Positions 21,335 to 31,202 of a stretch of 64,000 nucleotides of DNA are shown here, piece after piece. Source of the DNA: an uncultured cyanobacterium. GTDB taxonomy: Bacteria; Cyanobacteriota; Cyanobacteriia; Cyanobacteriales; Microcystaceae. The stretch is taken from NCBI GenBank assembly GCA_963807635.1, contig CAWEDJ010000069.1:1-64000 (forward strand), written 5' to 3'. Numbering within the stretch: position 1 is the stretch's first letter; the number at the start of each line of letters is the position of its first letter. The notes under the pieces were generated by a model, which was not told where the DNA came from, searched no databases, and saw only the letters and a program-made list of their open reading frames with translations. The translations under genes were made by a program, and so were the position numbers.

Positions 21335-22258
21335 ATGGAGATTCAAAGCCTCAAGGGAAGAGATATTCTTGCGATCGCAGATTTTAGTGTGGAAGAACTT
21401 CAGGCGGTTCTTAAGCTTGCGTCCCAACTCAAAAGCGGAGAAAAAAAGCCGCAATGTCAGAAAATACTAGGATTATTATTCTATAAAGCCTCCACTCGCA
21501 CCCGTGTTTCCTTTAGTGCGGCCATGTACCAATTGGGCGGTCAAGTCTTAGACCTCAATCCCAGCGTCACTCAGGTGGGCAGAGGAGAACCCATTACCGA
21601 TACAGCGCGAGTATTAGACCGTTATTTAGATATTTTGGCCGTTCGTACCTTTAAACAAGATGATTTGCAGACCTTTGCCGATTATGCCCAAATTCCCATT
21701 ATTAATGCCCTGAGCGATTTAGAACATCCCTGTCAGATTTTAGCCGATTTACAAACTATTCACGAGAATTTTCAACAACTTTCGGGGATTACCATTACCT
21801 ATCTCGGAGACGGCAATAATGTGGCCCATTCCTTAATCTTAGGAGGCGCGATGATGGGCATGAAGGTTCGAGTGGCAACCCCCAAAGATTATCAGCCCGA
21901 TCCTGCGATTATTGCCCAAGCTCAGGCGATCGCCGCCGAAGGAGCCGAAATTATCCTCACCGATAATCCCATTGAAGCGGTGGAAGGTTCCCAGGTTCTC
22001 TATACCGATGTTTGGGCCAGTATGGGACAAGAAGACTTAGCCGATGCCCGTATTCCCATTTTTCAACCCTATCAGGTTAATGAAAAGCTGTTGAGTCACG
22101 CCGATCCCGATGCCATTGTTCTTCATTGTTTGCCCGCCCATCGAGGGGAAGAGATAACCAATGAAGCGATCGAGGGGAAACATTCACGAGTTTGGGATCA
22201 GGCAGAAAATCGGATGCACGCCCAAAAAGCGTTATTAGTCAGTCTTTTAGGGCTTTAA
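21335..22258 (+). CDS. argF: Ornithine carbamoyltransferase
   Basis: STRTR, HPCQILAD, SMGQE and HCLPAHRG motifs. Confidence 0.97.
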   Translation: MEIQSLKGRDILAIADFSVEELQAVLKLASQLKSGEKKPQCQKILGLLFYKASTRTRVSFSAAMYQLGGQVLDLNPSVTQVGRGEPITDTARVLDRYLDILAVRTFKQDDLQTFADYAQIPIINALSDLEHPCQILADLQTIHENFQQLSGITITYLGDGNNVAHSLILGGAMMGMKVRVATPKDYQPDPAIIAQAQAIAAEGAEIILTDNPIEAVEGSQVLYTDVWASMGQEDLADARIPIFQPYQVNEKLLSHADPDAIVLHCLPAHRGEEITNEAIEGKHSRVWDQAENRMHAQKALLVSLLGL

Positions 22259-22264
22259 TCAGAA

Positions 22265-22762
22265 ATGATGGATGGGAACACCTCCCTAGATGCGATCGCC
22301 TATCAACAGCATTGTCACTGGATGAAACGGGCCTTGGCTCTGGCTGAAGTGGCAGGGGAGTCGGGAGAGGTTCCCGTTGGGGCGGTCATTGTCGATCGCA
22401 ACGGTCAAATGATTGCAGAAAGCAGTAATCGCAAGGAACTGTCAAATGATCCCACAGCCCATGCGGAAGTTTTGGCCATTCGAGCCGCTAGTCAATCCTT
22501 AAATAACTGGCATCTAGGCGATTTAACCCTCTATGTCACCCTCGAACCCTGCATTATGTGTACGGGAGCAATGATTCAATCACGCTTAGGTTTATTGGTT
22601 TATGGAGTGGATGATCCCAAAAGTGGAACGATTCGCACGGTTTTTAATTTGCCCGATAGTCCCGCTTCTAATCATCGTTTAAAGGTCATTTCGGGGATTT
22701 TAGAAAAGCCTTGTCGAGAACAATTACAGGCTTGGTTTATGAAGAAAAGAAGGGAAAAATAG
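22265..22762 (+). CDS. tadA: tRNA adenosine(34) deaminase
   Basis: GEVPVGAVIV, AHAE, TLEPCIMC. Confidence 0.93.
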   Translation: MMDGNTSLDAIAYQQHCHWMKRALALAEVAGESGEVPVGAVIVDRNGQMIAESSNRKELSNDPTAHAEVLAIRAASQSLNNWHLGDLTLYVTLEPCIMCTGAMIQSRLGLLVYGVDDPKSGTIRTVFNLPDSPASNHRLKVISGILEKPCREQLQAWFMKKRREK

Positions 22763-22801
22763 TGATTTTATGGGTTTTGATTTACAGGCGATCGCCTCTT
22801 G
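22724..22801 (+). repeat. Direct repeat copy 1 (3' end of tadA to a HIP1 site)
   Basis: ttacaggcttggtttatgaagaaaagaagggaaaaatagtgattttat...tttacaggcgatcgcctcttg; second copy at 23670-23745. Confidence 0.85.
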
Positions 22802-22870
22802 TTTTTCAAGACGATTTTTTTGATTAAACTTATTTTATATTTTGTTAATTTAACTGAGAGAATTATGGTT

Positions 22871-23212
22871 ATGGAGGGGGAATTAAGACAAATTCAACGC
22901 TATGTTACCGCAGAAGGTAAGATTCCATTCAGTGATTGGTTTAATAATCTTAAAGATATTCAGGCTAAATTAAAAATTACTAAGAGAATAGCAAGAGTTG
23001 AGTTGGGAAACTTGGGAGATTGTAAATCTGTAGGAGATGGTATCTTTGAGTTGAGAATAAATTATGGGCCAGGCTATAGAATTTATTTTGGTCAAATCGA
23101 TTTAGTCATTATTTTGTTATTATGTGGAGGGGATAAACAAACCCAGGCACAAGATATTCAAAAAGCAAAGAGTTATTGGCAAGATTATAAACGGAGTAAC
23201 AACCATGCCTAA
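22871..23212 (+). CDS. RelE/HigB-family toxin (addiction module killer type)
   Basis: PFSDWF, GNLGDCKSVGDGIFELRINYGPGYRIYF, LLCGGDKQTQ. Confidence 0.9.
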   Translation: MEGELRQIQRYVTAEGKIPFSDWFNNLKDIQAKLKITKRIARVELGNLGDCKSVGDGIFELRINYGPGYRIYFGQIDLVIILLLCGGDKQTQAQDIQKAKSYWQDYKRSNNHA

Positions 23213-23570
23213 GAGTCTCAGTTATCATAGTCACTTAATGGAATTTTTAGCTGATCCTCAAGTGGCGGCTGCTTATCTAGAGGATATTCTACAAGATAAT
23301 GAAGGTGAACCTCGTTTATTGGCTCTAGCGTTAAATCAGGTAGCAGACGCATTAGGATCATCTCAATTATCAGCCGCAGAACTTGAGAAACAAAAGCAAA
23401 AAATTGATCAACTGCTCCAAGGCAACGGAAGTGAGGTTATCTATAACTTAGAAGAATGGTTAGGAATTTTAGGGTTAAAATTATCAGTTAAAACGATAGA
23501 AAAAGAAAATCAAGAAAAACTATTGAAAATTGGGCATGATTCTTCTATAGCTAGTCTGATTTATTCGTGA
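23205..23570 (+). CDS. Cognate antitoxin / DNA-binding protein
   Basis: Overlaps the toxin stop; LADPQVAAAYLE, LALNQVADA and LGLKLSV resemble addiction-module antidote proteins. Confidence 0.7.
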   Translation: MPKSLSYHSHLMEFLADPQVAAAYLEDILQDNEGEPRLLALALNQVADALGSSQLSAAELEKQKQKIDQLLQGNGSEVIYNLEEWLGILGLKLSVKTIEKENQEKLLKIGHDSSIASLIYS

Positions 23571-23669
23571 TATTTTTTAGTATGCGTTCTTTTCACGGGA
23601 AAAATTTCAATTATTTGCCATCGGCTAGTTTAAGACTATGGCAAGAGTTTAAACCCGCAAAAAATCAAC

Positions 23670-23745
23670 TTACAGGCTTGGTTTATCAAAAAAGAAGGGA
23701 AAAATAACGATTTTATTTTTTGGGTTTACAGGCGATCGCATCTTG
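23670..23745 (+). repeat. Direct repeat copy 2 (duplicated tadA 3' end)
   Basis: ttacaggcttggtttatcaaaaaagaagggaaaaataacgattttat...tttacaggcgatcgcatcttg. Confidence 0.85.
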
Positions 23746-23769
23746 ACTTTCACCATTTTTGTGATTAAA

Positions 23770-25011
23770 TTAGTCGCTGGAAGGTAACAAAATTGGTGTG
23801 TAGGCGATCGCGTCTAATTGGGGCGATCGTTGAACAAAATCTTCATCGTCAAGGCGTTCTAAATAGGGAACAATTTCGGAATAACTTTTAACGCCGAGTA
23901 ATTCTAGTTCTTCTATCGTGATAGTTTCATCGGATAAAGAACCTCGTTTTTGTAGTAGTTGAAAAATGCGGTTTTCCATCACTTTTTCTGCTAGGAGTAG
24001 TTTGCGGTCTTTTTCTATGGTTTTAAATCCTTGTTGCAAAACTTCTGGGGTAATACGAGTTGCTCCTAAGTTAGCGGCAGTAGAGAGAACGGCATTACCT
24101 AAACGATTAAAAAAGCGGGGTTTACCAAGGGAAACACGACAGAATTCTTCGGCTGTTTCTTTTGAAAAAGGTAAAACAGAACAAGGGTCATTCACGTCAT
24201 CGCAATTATTATTAATTCGCGCACTATTAAGGTAATTAATCAGCATTTTGTAGGTGGTAGGCTGATCGAGTTCTTCTAATTTAAGTTGTAGATCAAATAA
24301 TCCCCTTTCACTGGTCAATAAATCCCCTGTTATTCCCAAAGGATGACCTGTGAGCATAAACCAGGCTTTTCCCTTTAAGATTCCCTGGGCATCGTGCATT
24401 AATTCTCGGACTCTTCTGGGGTTTTGTTTATCGAGATCATCAATGGCAATGAGGACACCATCAGGATATTTTTCGAGGGCGCGGTCTAATAAAATTTCTA
24501 GGCTAACGGTGGGATATTGGGCTTTGGTTGCAGAGACATCTTTTTCACTAAATTTGCCTACAAAAACCGCATTTGTTCCTGCTTCGGAGGTGCGTTCTTT
24601 TATCTCTTTTGCGGTTGGGATTCCCATTTGATGAAGTTGTCGTTGCGCCCAGTCATCATCAGGCAGGGCTTTCGCTAAGGCAATTAGGGCAGTCGTAGCC
24701 AGATCGAGTTCGGAAGGTAGAGAAATATAGGTTGTCAGCATTTTGGGGCGTTTACGAGTCAATACTGACAAAATTTCTAATAAAAAAGCAGTTTTGCCAA
24801 TCCCAATCCGTCCATAAATTAAAATGCGGCGACGTTCTCGGTTTTGAAAGAGATTAAAAACTTGACGGAGTTCCTTTTCTCGACCTGTAAATATACGATC
24901 TAGGGTTTTATTTTGGAGATCAGTCGGGCTTTCTGTGAAGGGAATTTCTCTGAGTCCTAAGTTGTGAATATTGTTAACGGATTGCTCGAAAATATCATCT
25001 GCTGTTGTCAT
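23770..25011 (-). CDS. AAA/STAND-like P-loop ATPase
   Basis: FTGREKEL, Walker A GRIGIGKT, Walker B LIAIDDLDK, G.PR motif, winged-helix-like C-terminus. Confidence 0.8.
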   Translation of the reverse strand: MTTADDIFEQSVNNIHNLGLREIPFTESPTDLQNKTLDRIFTGREKELRQVFNLFQNRERRRILIYGRIGIGKTAFLLEILSVLTRKRPKMLTTYISLPSELDLATTALIALAKALPDDDWAQRQLHQMGIPTAKEIKERTSEAGTNAVFVGKFSEKDVSATKAQYPTVSLEILLDRALEKYPDGVLIAIDDLDKQNPRRVRELMHDAQGILKGKAWFMLTGHPLGITGDLLTSERGLFDLQLKLEELDQPTTYKMLINYLNSARINNNCDDVNDPCSVLPFSKETAEEFCRVSLGKPRFFNRLGNAVLSTAANLGATRITPEVLQQGFKTIEKDRKLLLAEKVMENRIFQLLQKRGSLSDETITIEELELLGVKSYSEIVPYLERLDDEDFVQRSPQLDAIAYTPILLPSSD

Positions 25012-26648
25012 GCTAAGACCTCACTTTTTACCTGTTCCAAGACTTGCTGAACCGATTGATAAGTATTATCCACTTTTTCGGCGGCTTCGGTTTTACCTAA
25101 TTGTTGATAAATTTCACGGGCTTGGGCTAACTCGGACATTCCTTTTTCCAGATGACCTTGGGAAACGAACACATTCCCTAAACTTTCCCGACTTTTGGCA
25201 ATGCCAGGTAAATCCTGAAGATGTTCATACAGTCGCAGGGCATCCCGATAATAGAGACGAGCATTTTCTTGATCGCTGAGGAGTTCGTAGGCATAGCCTG
25301 TTTGATAGAGAGCGTTGGCATAAACTAGGGAATTATCCCCTGTTTTGAGTTGATTAAGGCTATTAATCAAAAGTTTCAATCCTTCTTGCCAGTTGCCATC
25401 ACGGACTAAACGACTGCCTAAAATGGCTTGGGTGGCGGGGATGGCTTGCCAATATTGTTGGCGATTGTAGTGTTCGGGACTGAGATAATTTAGGGCAATT
25501 TGATAAGCGGCGAGGGATTGTTGCAGATCTTCAGGATTTTTGCTGGTTTCATAACGACGAGCTAGGGCATTACCTAAATAATATTGATTATTAATAAAGT
25601 AAGAAGTACCAGGAGCAGAAACGGTTAAAGATTGGCGATATAATTCAATGGCTTGGTCTAAATCTTGAGCATTATTATTTAAAGATGATCTTACTGTTAA
25701 AGCTCCTGCTAAATTGCCTTGAGTCCATGCCCAATCCTGGGGAAAAGCTGTAAAAGTTCTGACCTTAAGAGCTTCTTGATAACAAGCGATCGCGGTTTCT
25801 AAATTGTCAGCCCGTTCTCCTCTGATTCTGTTACGGTAAGCAATTCCCAGATTCATTTGAGTCGTTGCCCAATAGAAAGGAAAAGCAGTAAAAGTACAAA
25901 CCTTAAGAGCTTCTTGATAACAAGCGATCGCGGTTTCTAAATTGTCAGCCCGTTCTCCTCTGATTCTGTTACGGTAAGCAATTCCCAGATTCATTTGAGT
26001 CATTGCCCAATCTTTAGGAAAAGCAGTAAAAGTATAAATCTCAAGAGCATCTTGATAACAAGCGATCGCAGTTTCTAAATTGTCAGCCCGTTCCCCTTTT
26101 ATTCTTTGAGCATAAGTATTTCCCAGATTCATTTGAGTCATTGCCCAATCTTCAGGGAAAGTGGTAAAAGTATAAACTTTAAGGGCCTCTTGATAACAAG
26201 CGATCGCAGCCTCTAAATTGTCAGCCCGTTCCCCTCTTATTCTTGCCCAGTAAGCAATGCCTAAACTACTTTTTAACTTTGCCCAATCTTGCAGATAATC
26301 CTGAAAAATAAACACCGTTAAAGCCAGTTCACAACTTTTAATAGCTAACTCTTGATTAATGGCAATAGACCCTAAAGGAAATTCCTTGATATAAATATTA
26401 AAACTAAAAAGATTACCCGCAAACCAATAAGCACTTTTTCCCGTCAGAGATGATAATTTTGCTTGAGCATATTGTTCCAGAATTGTTAATAAATTCTCAT
26501 TTTTCAAACCCTCCAGATTTGCCTTCCAATACTCATAAATCGCTTCACGACTTTCCCACTCCGCAATCATCTCCAAACTCTTCACCAGTATCTCATTCTC
26601 CCCTCTTATCAAGGGGGGCTGGGGGGGATCAAAACCTTCAACAGTCAT
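25008..26648 (-). CDS. Tetratricopeptide repeat protein
   Basis: 40-aa repeats WA.TQMNLG.AY..RIRGERADNLE.AIACYQEAL plus further TPR helices; stop overlaps the ATPase start (ATGA). Confidence 0.88.
   Translation of the reverse strand: MTVEGFDPPQPPLIRGENEILVKSLEMIAEWESREAIYEYWKANLEGLKNENLLTILEQYAQAKLSSLTGKSAYWFAGNLFSFNIYIKEFPLGSIAINQELAIKSCELALTVFIFQDYLQDWAKLKSSLGIAYWARIRGERADNLEAAIACYQEALKVYTFTTFPEDWAMTQMNLGNTYAQRIKGERADNLETAIACYQDALEIYTFTAFPKDWAMTQMNLGIAYRNRIRGERADNLETAIACYQEALKVCTFTAFPFYWATTQMNLGIAYRNRIRGERADNLETAIACYQEALKVRTFTAFPQDWAWTQGNLAGALTVRSSLNNNAQDLDQAIELYRQSLTVSAPGTSYFINNQYYLGNALARRYETSKNPEDLQQSLAAYQIALNYLSPEHYNRQQYWQAIPATQAILGSRLVRDGNWQEGLKLLINSLNQLKTGDNSLVYANALYQTGYAYELLSDQENARLYYRDALRLYEHLQDLPGIAKSRESLGNVFVSQGHLEKGMSELAQAREIYQQLGKTEAAEKVDNTYQSVQQVLEQVKSEVLA
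26600..26630. repeat. Small dispersed cyanobacterial repeat (CCCC-TT-ATC-AAGGGGGG type), in frame in the TPR gene
   Basis: cccctcttatcaaggggggctgggggggatc; related copies at ~29006-29035 and 37692-37742. Confidence 0.75.
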
Positions 26649-26850
26649 CAAAATTTTCCTCCTCAATTTTTGGTCGCAAACCCACCATAATTTTTAATTC
26701 ATTCAAAACTTCTAAATAGGATTGAATAGCATCCTGAATATTAGCAACGGCCTCTTCTCTCGTTTCACCCTGGGAAGCGCAACCTGGCAGACTAGGACAC
26801 CAAACCGCATAGCCTTCTTCACTTTTTTTAAGTTTAATTTGATATTGCAT
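26638..26850 (-). CDS. Orphan HicB-family antitoxin
   Basis: EEGYAVWCPSLPGCASQGETREEAVANIQDAI. Confidence 0.85.
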   Translation of the reverse strand: MQYQIKLKKSEEGYAVWCPSLPGCASQGETREEAVANIQDAIQSYLEVLNELKIMVGLRPKIEEENFDDC

Positions 26851-27196
26851 ATTATTACCCAAATAGCCTACCTATTTTGTATTAAAGCAAAAATTTAAAC
26901 TTTTAGCAGAATCAATAAAACGCGATCGCGAATTATTTTATTTTAAAACGGGAAATCTTCTATTTTCTGTAATTGAATATAGGTTTTAGGAGTTGAATTG
27001 GCGATCGCAGAATACAAATATATTTTCAATTATTTGACTGAGCTTACTTTACAATTAACCCTTTTGCAAAGAATTTATCCCACTAATCCAGAAGGCGATC
27101 GCCAATTTTGGCTATAAATTTTGAAATCACTATTTATCCATTGCCTGTTATTTTAATCATCAAGCTTGGTAAATAACGTAGTATATCAACGCTTAA

Positions 27197-27631
27197 TTAC
27201 TCCCTCCAGGAAGTTTTTTGTAAAATCTGATTGATTTGTTGGGGGAAAGGACAATCATCAGGAAAAGAAAAAGATTGATAATCCCGATTCTCTCTTAAGC
27301 TTTTGATGGCTTTAGCATAACAATCGAGAAAAATTTCTTCCCAATAGTGTTTAAGGCTGGGGGAATCTTCCAATAAATCCTGAAGTTCTCGCTGGCTACG
27401 ACGAATTGTTTCTGTCCAACCTCGATAGTCCTGAGCATAGGTAGAGTAACAAAGTTTGAGACAATGTTCTAGCATGGTAGTCAGTCGATTGCGGAGTTCT
27501 CGTCTTTGACTTCTGCCCAAGCTTTCAATTTCCTCAATTAAGTTTTCCCAGTCAACACTATCATAATTTTGTTTTTTTAATAGATCAATCGTTCCTTCTA
27601 GCCAAAGGAGATAATCGTTTGTTGCAAGCAT
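27197..27631 (-). CDS. DUF29 family protein
   Basis: DYLLW, VDWENLIEEIESLGRS, DSPSLK, FP..CPF motifs. Confidence 0.88.
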   Translation of the reverse strand: MLATNDYLLWLEGTIDLLKKQNYDSVDWENLIEEIESLGRSQRRELRNRLTTMLEHCLKLCYSTYAQDYRGWTETIRRSQRELQDLLEDSPSLKHYWEEIFLDCYAKAIKSLRENRDYQSFSFPDDCPFPQQINQILQKTSWRE

Positions 27632-27798
27632 AGGACTTGAGAGAATTTCTTTTTTTCCTATTCTATCCCCTAAAAACTGGTTTGAAGAAAGCGATCGCAT
27701 CTTTTTAAGTTCAGAAAATATTTTTAAAATCAATCAAATCCATAAAAAAAAGTGGGCCAGATAGCCCGCCCATCATTATCAATTCGGATAAATGAAAT

Positions 27799-28835
27799 CT
27801 ATTTAAGTTGAATAACTTTAGGAGCTTCAAATAAATGTACCGTATCGACAAACCGTGCTGTTTTTGATTGGGTAGAAATAACTAAACTTTGAGTCCGCGC
27901 ACCACCGTGGAAGAAGCGTACACCTTCCATCAAGGTTCCAGGCGTAATCCCGCAAGCCGCGAATAAAACGGTTTCACCACTAGCCAATTCTTCACACTCA
28001 TAGACGCGATCGCCATCGGTAATTCCCATCTCGCCAAGACGTTTGAGGTTACCTTCACGACTTTCACCGATTAAGCCCGTTTGGACGACAGCAGGATCAT
28101 AAACCAATTGACCCTGGAAGTGACCACCCAAACAACGCATCGCTGCCGCCGAAATGACTCCTTCAGGAGCCGCACCAATGCCCATCAGACAATGAATATT
28201 GGTTCCAGAGAAAGCACAGGAAATGGCGGCAGAAACATCACCATCACTGATCAAACGAACTCGCGCACCCGCATCACGGATTTCTTGAATTAATTCTTTG
28301 TGACGGGGACGATCCATGACAACGACAACTAATTCTTCAACGGCGCGACCCAAACACTCGCCCAAAATTTTAAGATTTTCGGTAGCCGATTTATTAATAT
28401 CAACTTTACCTTTAGCGGCTGGGGGAGCGGCTAATTTTTTCATATAAAAGTCAGGAGCGGCAAATAGGCCACCTTTTTCGGAAATTGCTAAAACGGCCAT
28501 CGATCCATTTTGTCCATAGGCGACTAAGTTAGTACCTTCACAGGGATCAACCGCAATATCGATTTCAACTAATTCGTCAGGATTACAAAATGCACCTGCG
28601 TTTCCTGGGTACAAATACCTACTTCTTCACCGATGTAGAGCATGGGAGCTTCATCCCGTTCTCCTTCTCCGATGACGATGCGCCCTCTCATGTGGATTTT
28701 GTTCATCCGTTCCCGCATGGCATCAACGGCAACCTGGTCAGCGATGTCTTTTTCGCCTTTACCCATCCATTTAGAAGAGGCGATCGCGGCCTGTTCAACA
28801 ACTTCAATAATTTCTAAACCGAGCGTATTTTCCAC
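27799..28835 (-). CDS. glpX: Class II fructose-1,6-/sedoheptulose-1,7-bisphosphatase (frameshift near 28603)
   Basis: [42 protein letters not shown]. Confidence 0.96.
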
Positions 28836-29005
28836 GAGTTAATCCTCCCAATTGCTGATTAAGTTTTCCTAGACTGGATCTTTTTTTGTTATCAGTCAAA
28901 GTCTATCAGAGTCGGGGATCACCTTAAAATAAAAAATCCCTCAAGGCAGACTATATACCCTAGAAAAATCAGAGAATTTCCCTAGCCACCTTGAAAAAAA
29001 TAAAA

Positions 29006-29035
29006 GCCCCCCTTATCAAGGGTTAGGGGGGATCA
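29006..29035. repeat. Small dispersed repeat downstream of the natB-like gene
   Basis: gccccccttatcaagggttagggggg-atc, same family as 26600 and 37692. Confidence 0.65.
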
Positions 29036-29038
29036 AAA

Positions 29039-30390
29039 CTAGGTTTTAGGCGAAACCTTATCAATGACCGCTAAAGTGCCATCAGGCTTAACCGTCCAGA
29101 CATCATAACTACCAACCACATCCCCATTGGCATCGATATCCACATTACCGCTTGCTCCCTGATAGTTAACGGGTTTACCCGCCTTCACCAATGCCAACGC
29201 TTCACAAGGATCGGTGACTTCTTGCCAGGCCCCGCCGCAACTTCCCGAATTTTGCTCTGAATTCCTTCACCCGTATTGGCTTTCGCCGCCTCAGCCGCTA
29301 ACATCATCAAAACTGCCGCATCGTAGGTATGGGGAACAAAGGCGGTCACATCTTTACCCGATTTTTCTTTCCAGGTTTTGCTAAAAGCCTCTAAAGATTT
29401 ACCGTTCGCACCAGGGACGGTTCCCAAAGCTCCTGCAATAATCGAGTTACCCGCCGCATCTTTACCGACTTTTTTGACAAAATCTTCAGAATACACCCCA
29501 TCGGTCAGGAGGACGATTACTCCCTTGGTTAAACCCTGTTTATAAGCCGCTTGCAACAGCGCACTTCCCGTATCGGCATAAAGCACGGCGGCCACTGCAT
29601 TGGGTTTCCCCGCAAAGGCTTGACCTGCTTCCGTATCTAGGGTTGCGGCCTTGGGGTCATAACGGACGGGTTTATCACCATGAAGAATTTTTCCACCATC
29701 CTTGGCAACGGATTCGACAAAAACTTTCTCAAAGCCTACGCCGTAATCATTATTAATCACCACAGTTGAAATATTTTTAAGACCTTTTTTCGCAGCCAAA
29801 GCGGCTAAGGCGGCGGCTTGATAGGTGTCAGGAGGAGCGGTACGAGCCCAGTAACCTTGGAACTCACCTTTTTGCGCTTGTTCTGTAAAGACGGGACTGG
29901 TGCTTCCTGGAGAAACCAACATCACTTTATTTTTAACGGCAATGGGAATAGCTGCACTGGAAACACTGCTGGCAAAGGAACCAATTACCCCTGCCACCTT
30001 ATCCGCTTCGGCAAGTTTAGTCATTGCGGAAGCTCCAGCCGTCGGATCGGTTTGATCATCTTCCACCACGAGAGTAACGGGTTTTCCGTTAACACCACCA
30101 CAAGCATTGATGGTATCAACGGCTAATTTAGCGGCAACGGGCATATTTTGACCGATAGAAGATAAATCTCCCGTCGCAGGCAATAAGGCTCCTAATTTCA
30201 AACCATCAGCACCAGTAGTCGCACTGGGAGCCGCAGAAGCTTCCGTTGTGGGTGTCGTTGTGGGGGTAGTTGCGGTTTGGTCGCCACCACCACAAGCCGT
30301 TAAAAAGTTGGCACTGAGTCCAGTCAAAATAAGAGTTAGAACAATTTGGGGCTTGATATGACGATTTTTTTTGAGCGATGATTTGAGCAT
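29039..30390 (-). CDS. natB: Amino-acid ABC transporter substrate-binding lipoprotein, NatB/LivJ-like (frameshift near 29224)
   Basis: Lipobox LTAC, INACGGVNG, SPGSTSP, ARTAPPDTYQ; C-terminus VNYQGASGNVDID in the shifted frame. Confidence 0.8.
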
Positions 30391-30602
30391 GAATGATTCC
30401 TCACGGGCATGATTAAGTAATATAAATCCAAAATAAGCTTAACCCAGGATTAACCATCAGTGAAAAATCTTATATTTCCCAGAATTTTCGCAGAAAACCG
30501 CACTAACCTGAATTACTGTCAAGAAGTGCTAAGGATTTTGACAAATTTTGGACAGTAAACGCCGCGAAATTTGAAAAAAGAAGCTATGGATAGTATTTAA
30601 AA

Positions 30603-30694
30603 CGGAGAGAGAGGGATTCGAACCCTCGGTACGGTCTTACGATTCGTACAACAGCTTAGCAGGCTGCCGCTTTCAACCACTCAGCCATCTCTCC
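30603..30694 (-). tRNA. trnS: tRNA-Ser(GCT)
   Basis: GGAGAGATGGCTGAGTGGTTGAAAGCGGCAGCCTGCTAAGCTG...GGTTCGAATCCCTCTCTCTCCG, anticodon GCT. Confidence 0.96.
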
Positions 30695-30849
30695 AAACTC
30701 ACGAGTATCTATCATAGCAAATAAGGCTACTTCTGCAACAAAAAAATTTTGGGGCTGTTTTTATTAAGTATTGCAACGGATTTATCTGCAATAGGGGAGT
30801 TGGCCTTTAAGATGTAAGGCTTAATATGCCCTATTTTGAGGAAGATCTA

Positions 30850-31113
30850 ATGTATTCTACTTTGTTACTCGCTACAACTGTCCCTGCAACCCTTGAATGG
30901 AGTCCCACAGTGGCGGGGGTGATGATTGCTTGTAATATTTTGGCGATCGCGTTTGGTAAATTGACGATCAAATATCCCAGTGTGGGGCCTGCTATGCCCT
31001 CTCCGAATTTGTTTGGTGGATTTGGATTAGCCGCAGTCTTAGGCACGATGAGCTTCGGTCATCTTTTAGGGACGGCTGTGATTTTAGGGTTAGCCAATGT
31101 GGGCGCGCTTTAA
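30850..31113 (+). CDS. psaK: Photosystem I subunit PsaK
   Basis: WSPTVAGVMIACNILAIAFG, SFGHLLG, ILGL; two TM helices. Confidence 0.95.
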   Translation: MYSTLLLATTVPATLEWSPTVAGVMIACNILAIAFGKLTIKYPSVGPAMPSPNLFGGFGLAAVLGTMSFGHLLGTAVILGLANVGAL

Positions 31114-31202
31114 ATTATTTTTCATCAAGTTGACAATCTGAAGACTGAAAATAATCAAAAAATACTCGGCAAGGGATTAAATTCTGACTGCTGGGTATTT
31201 TT

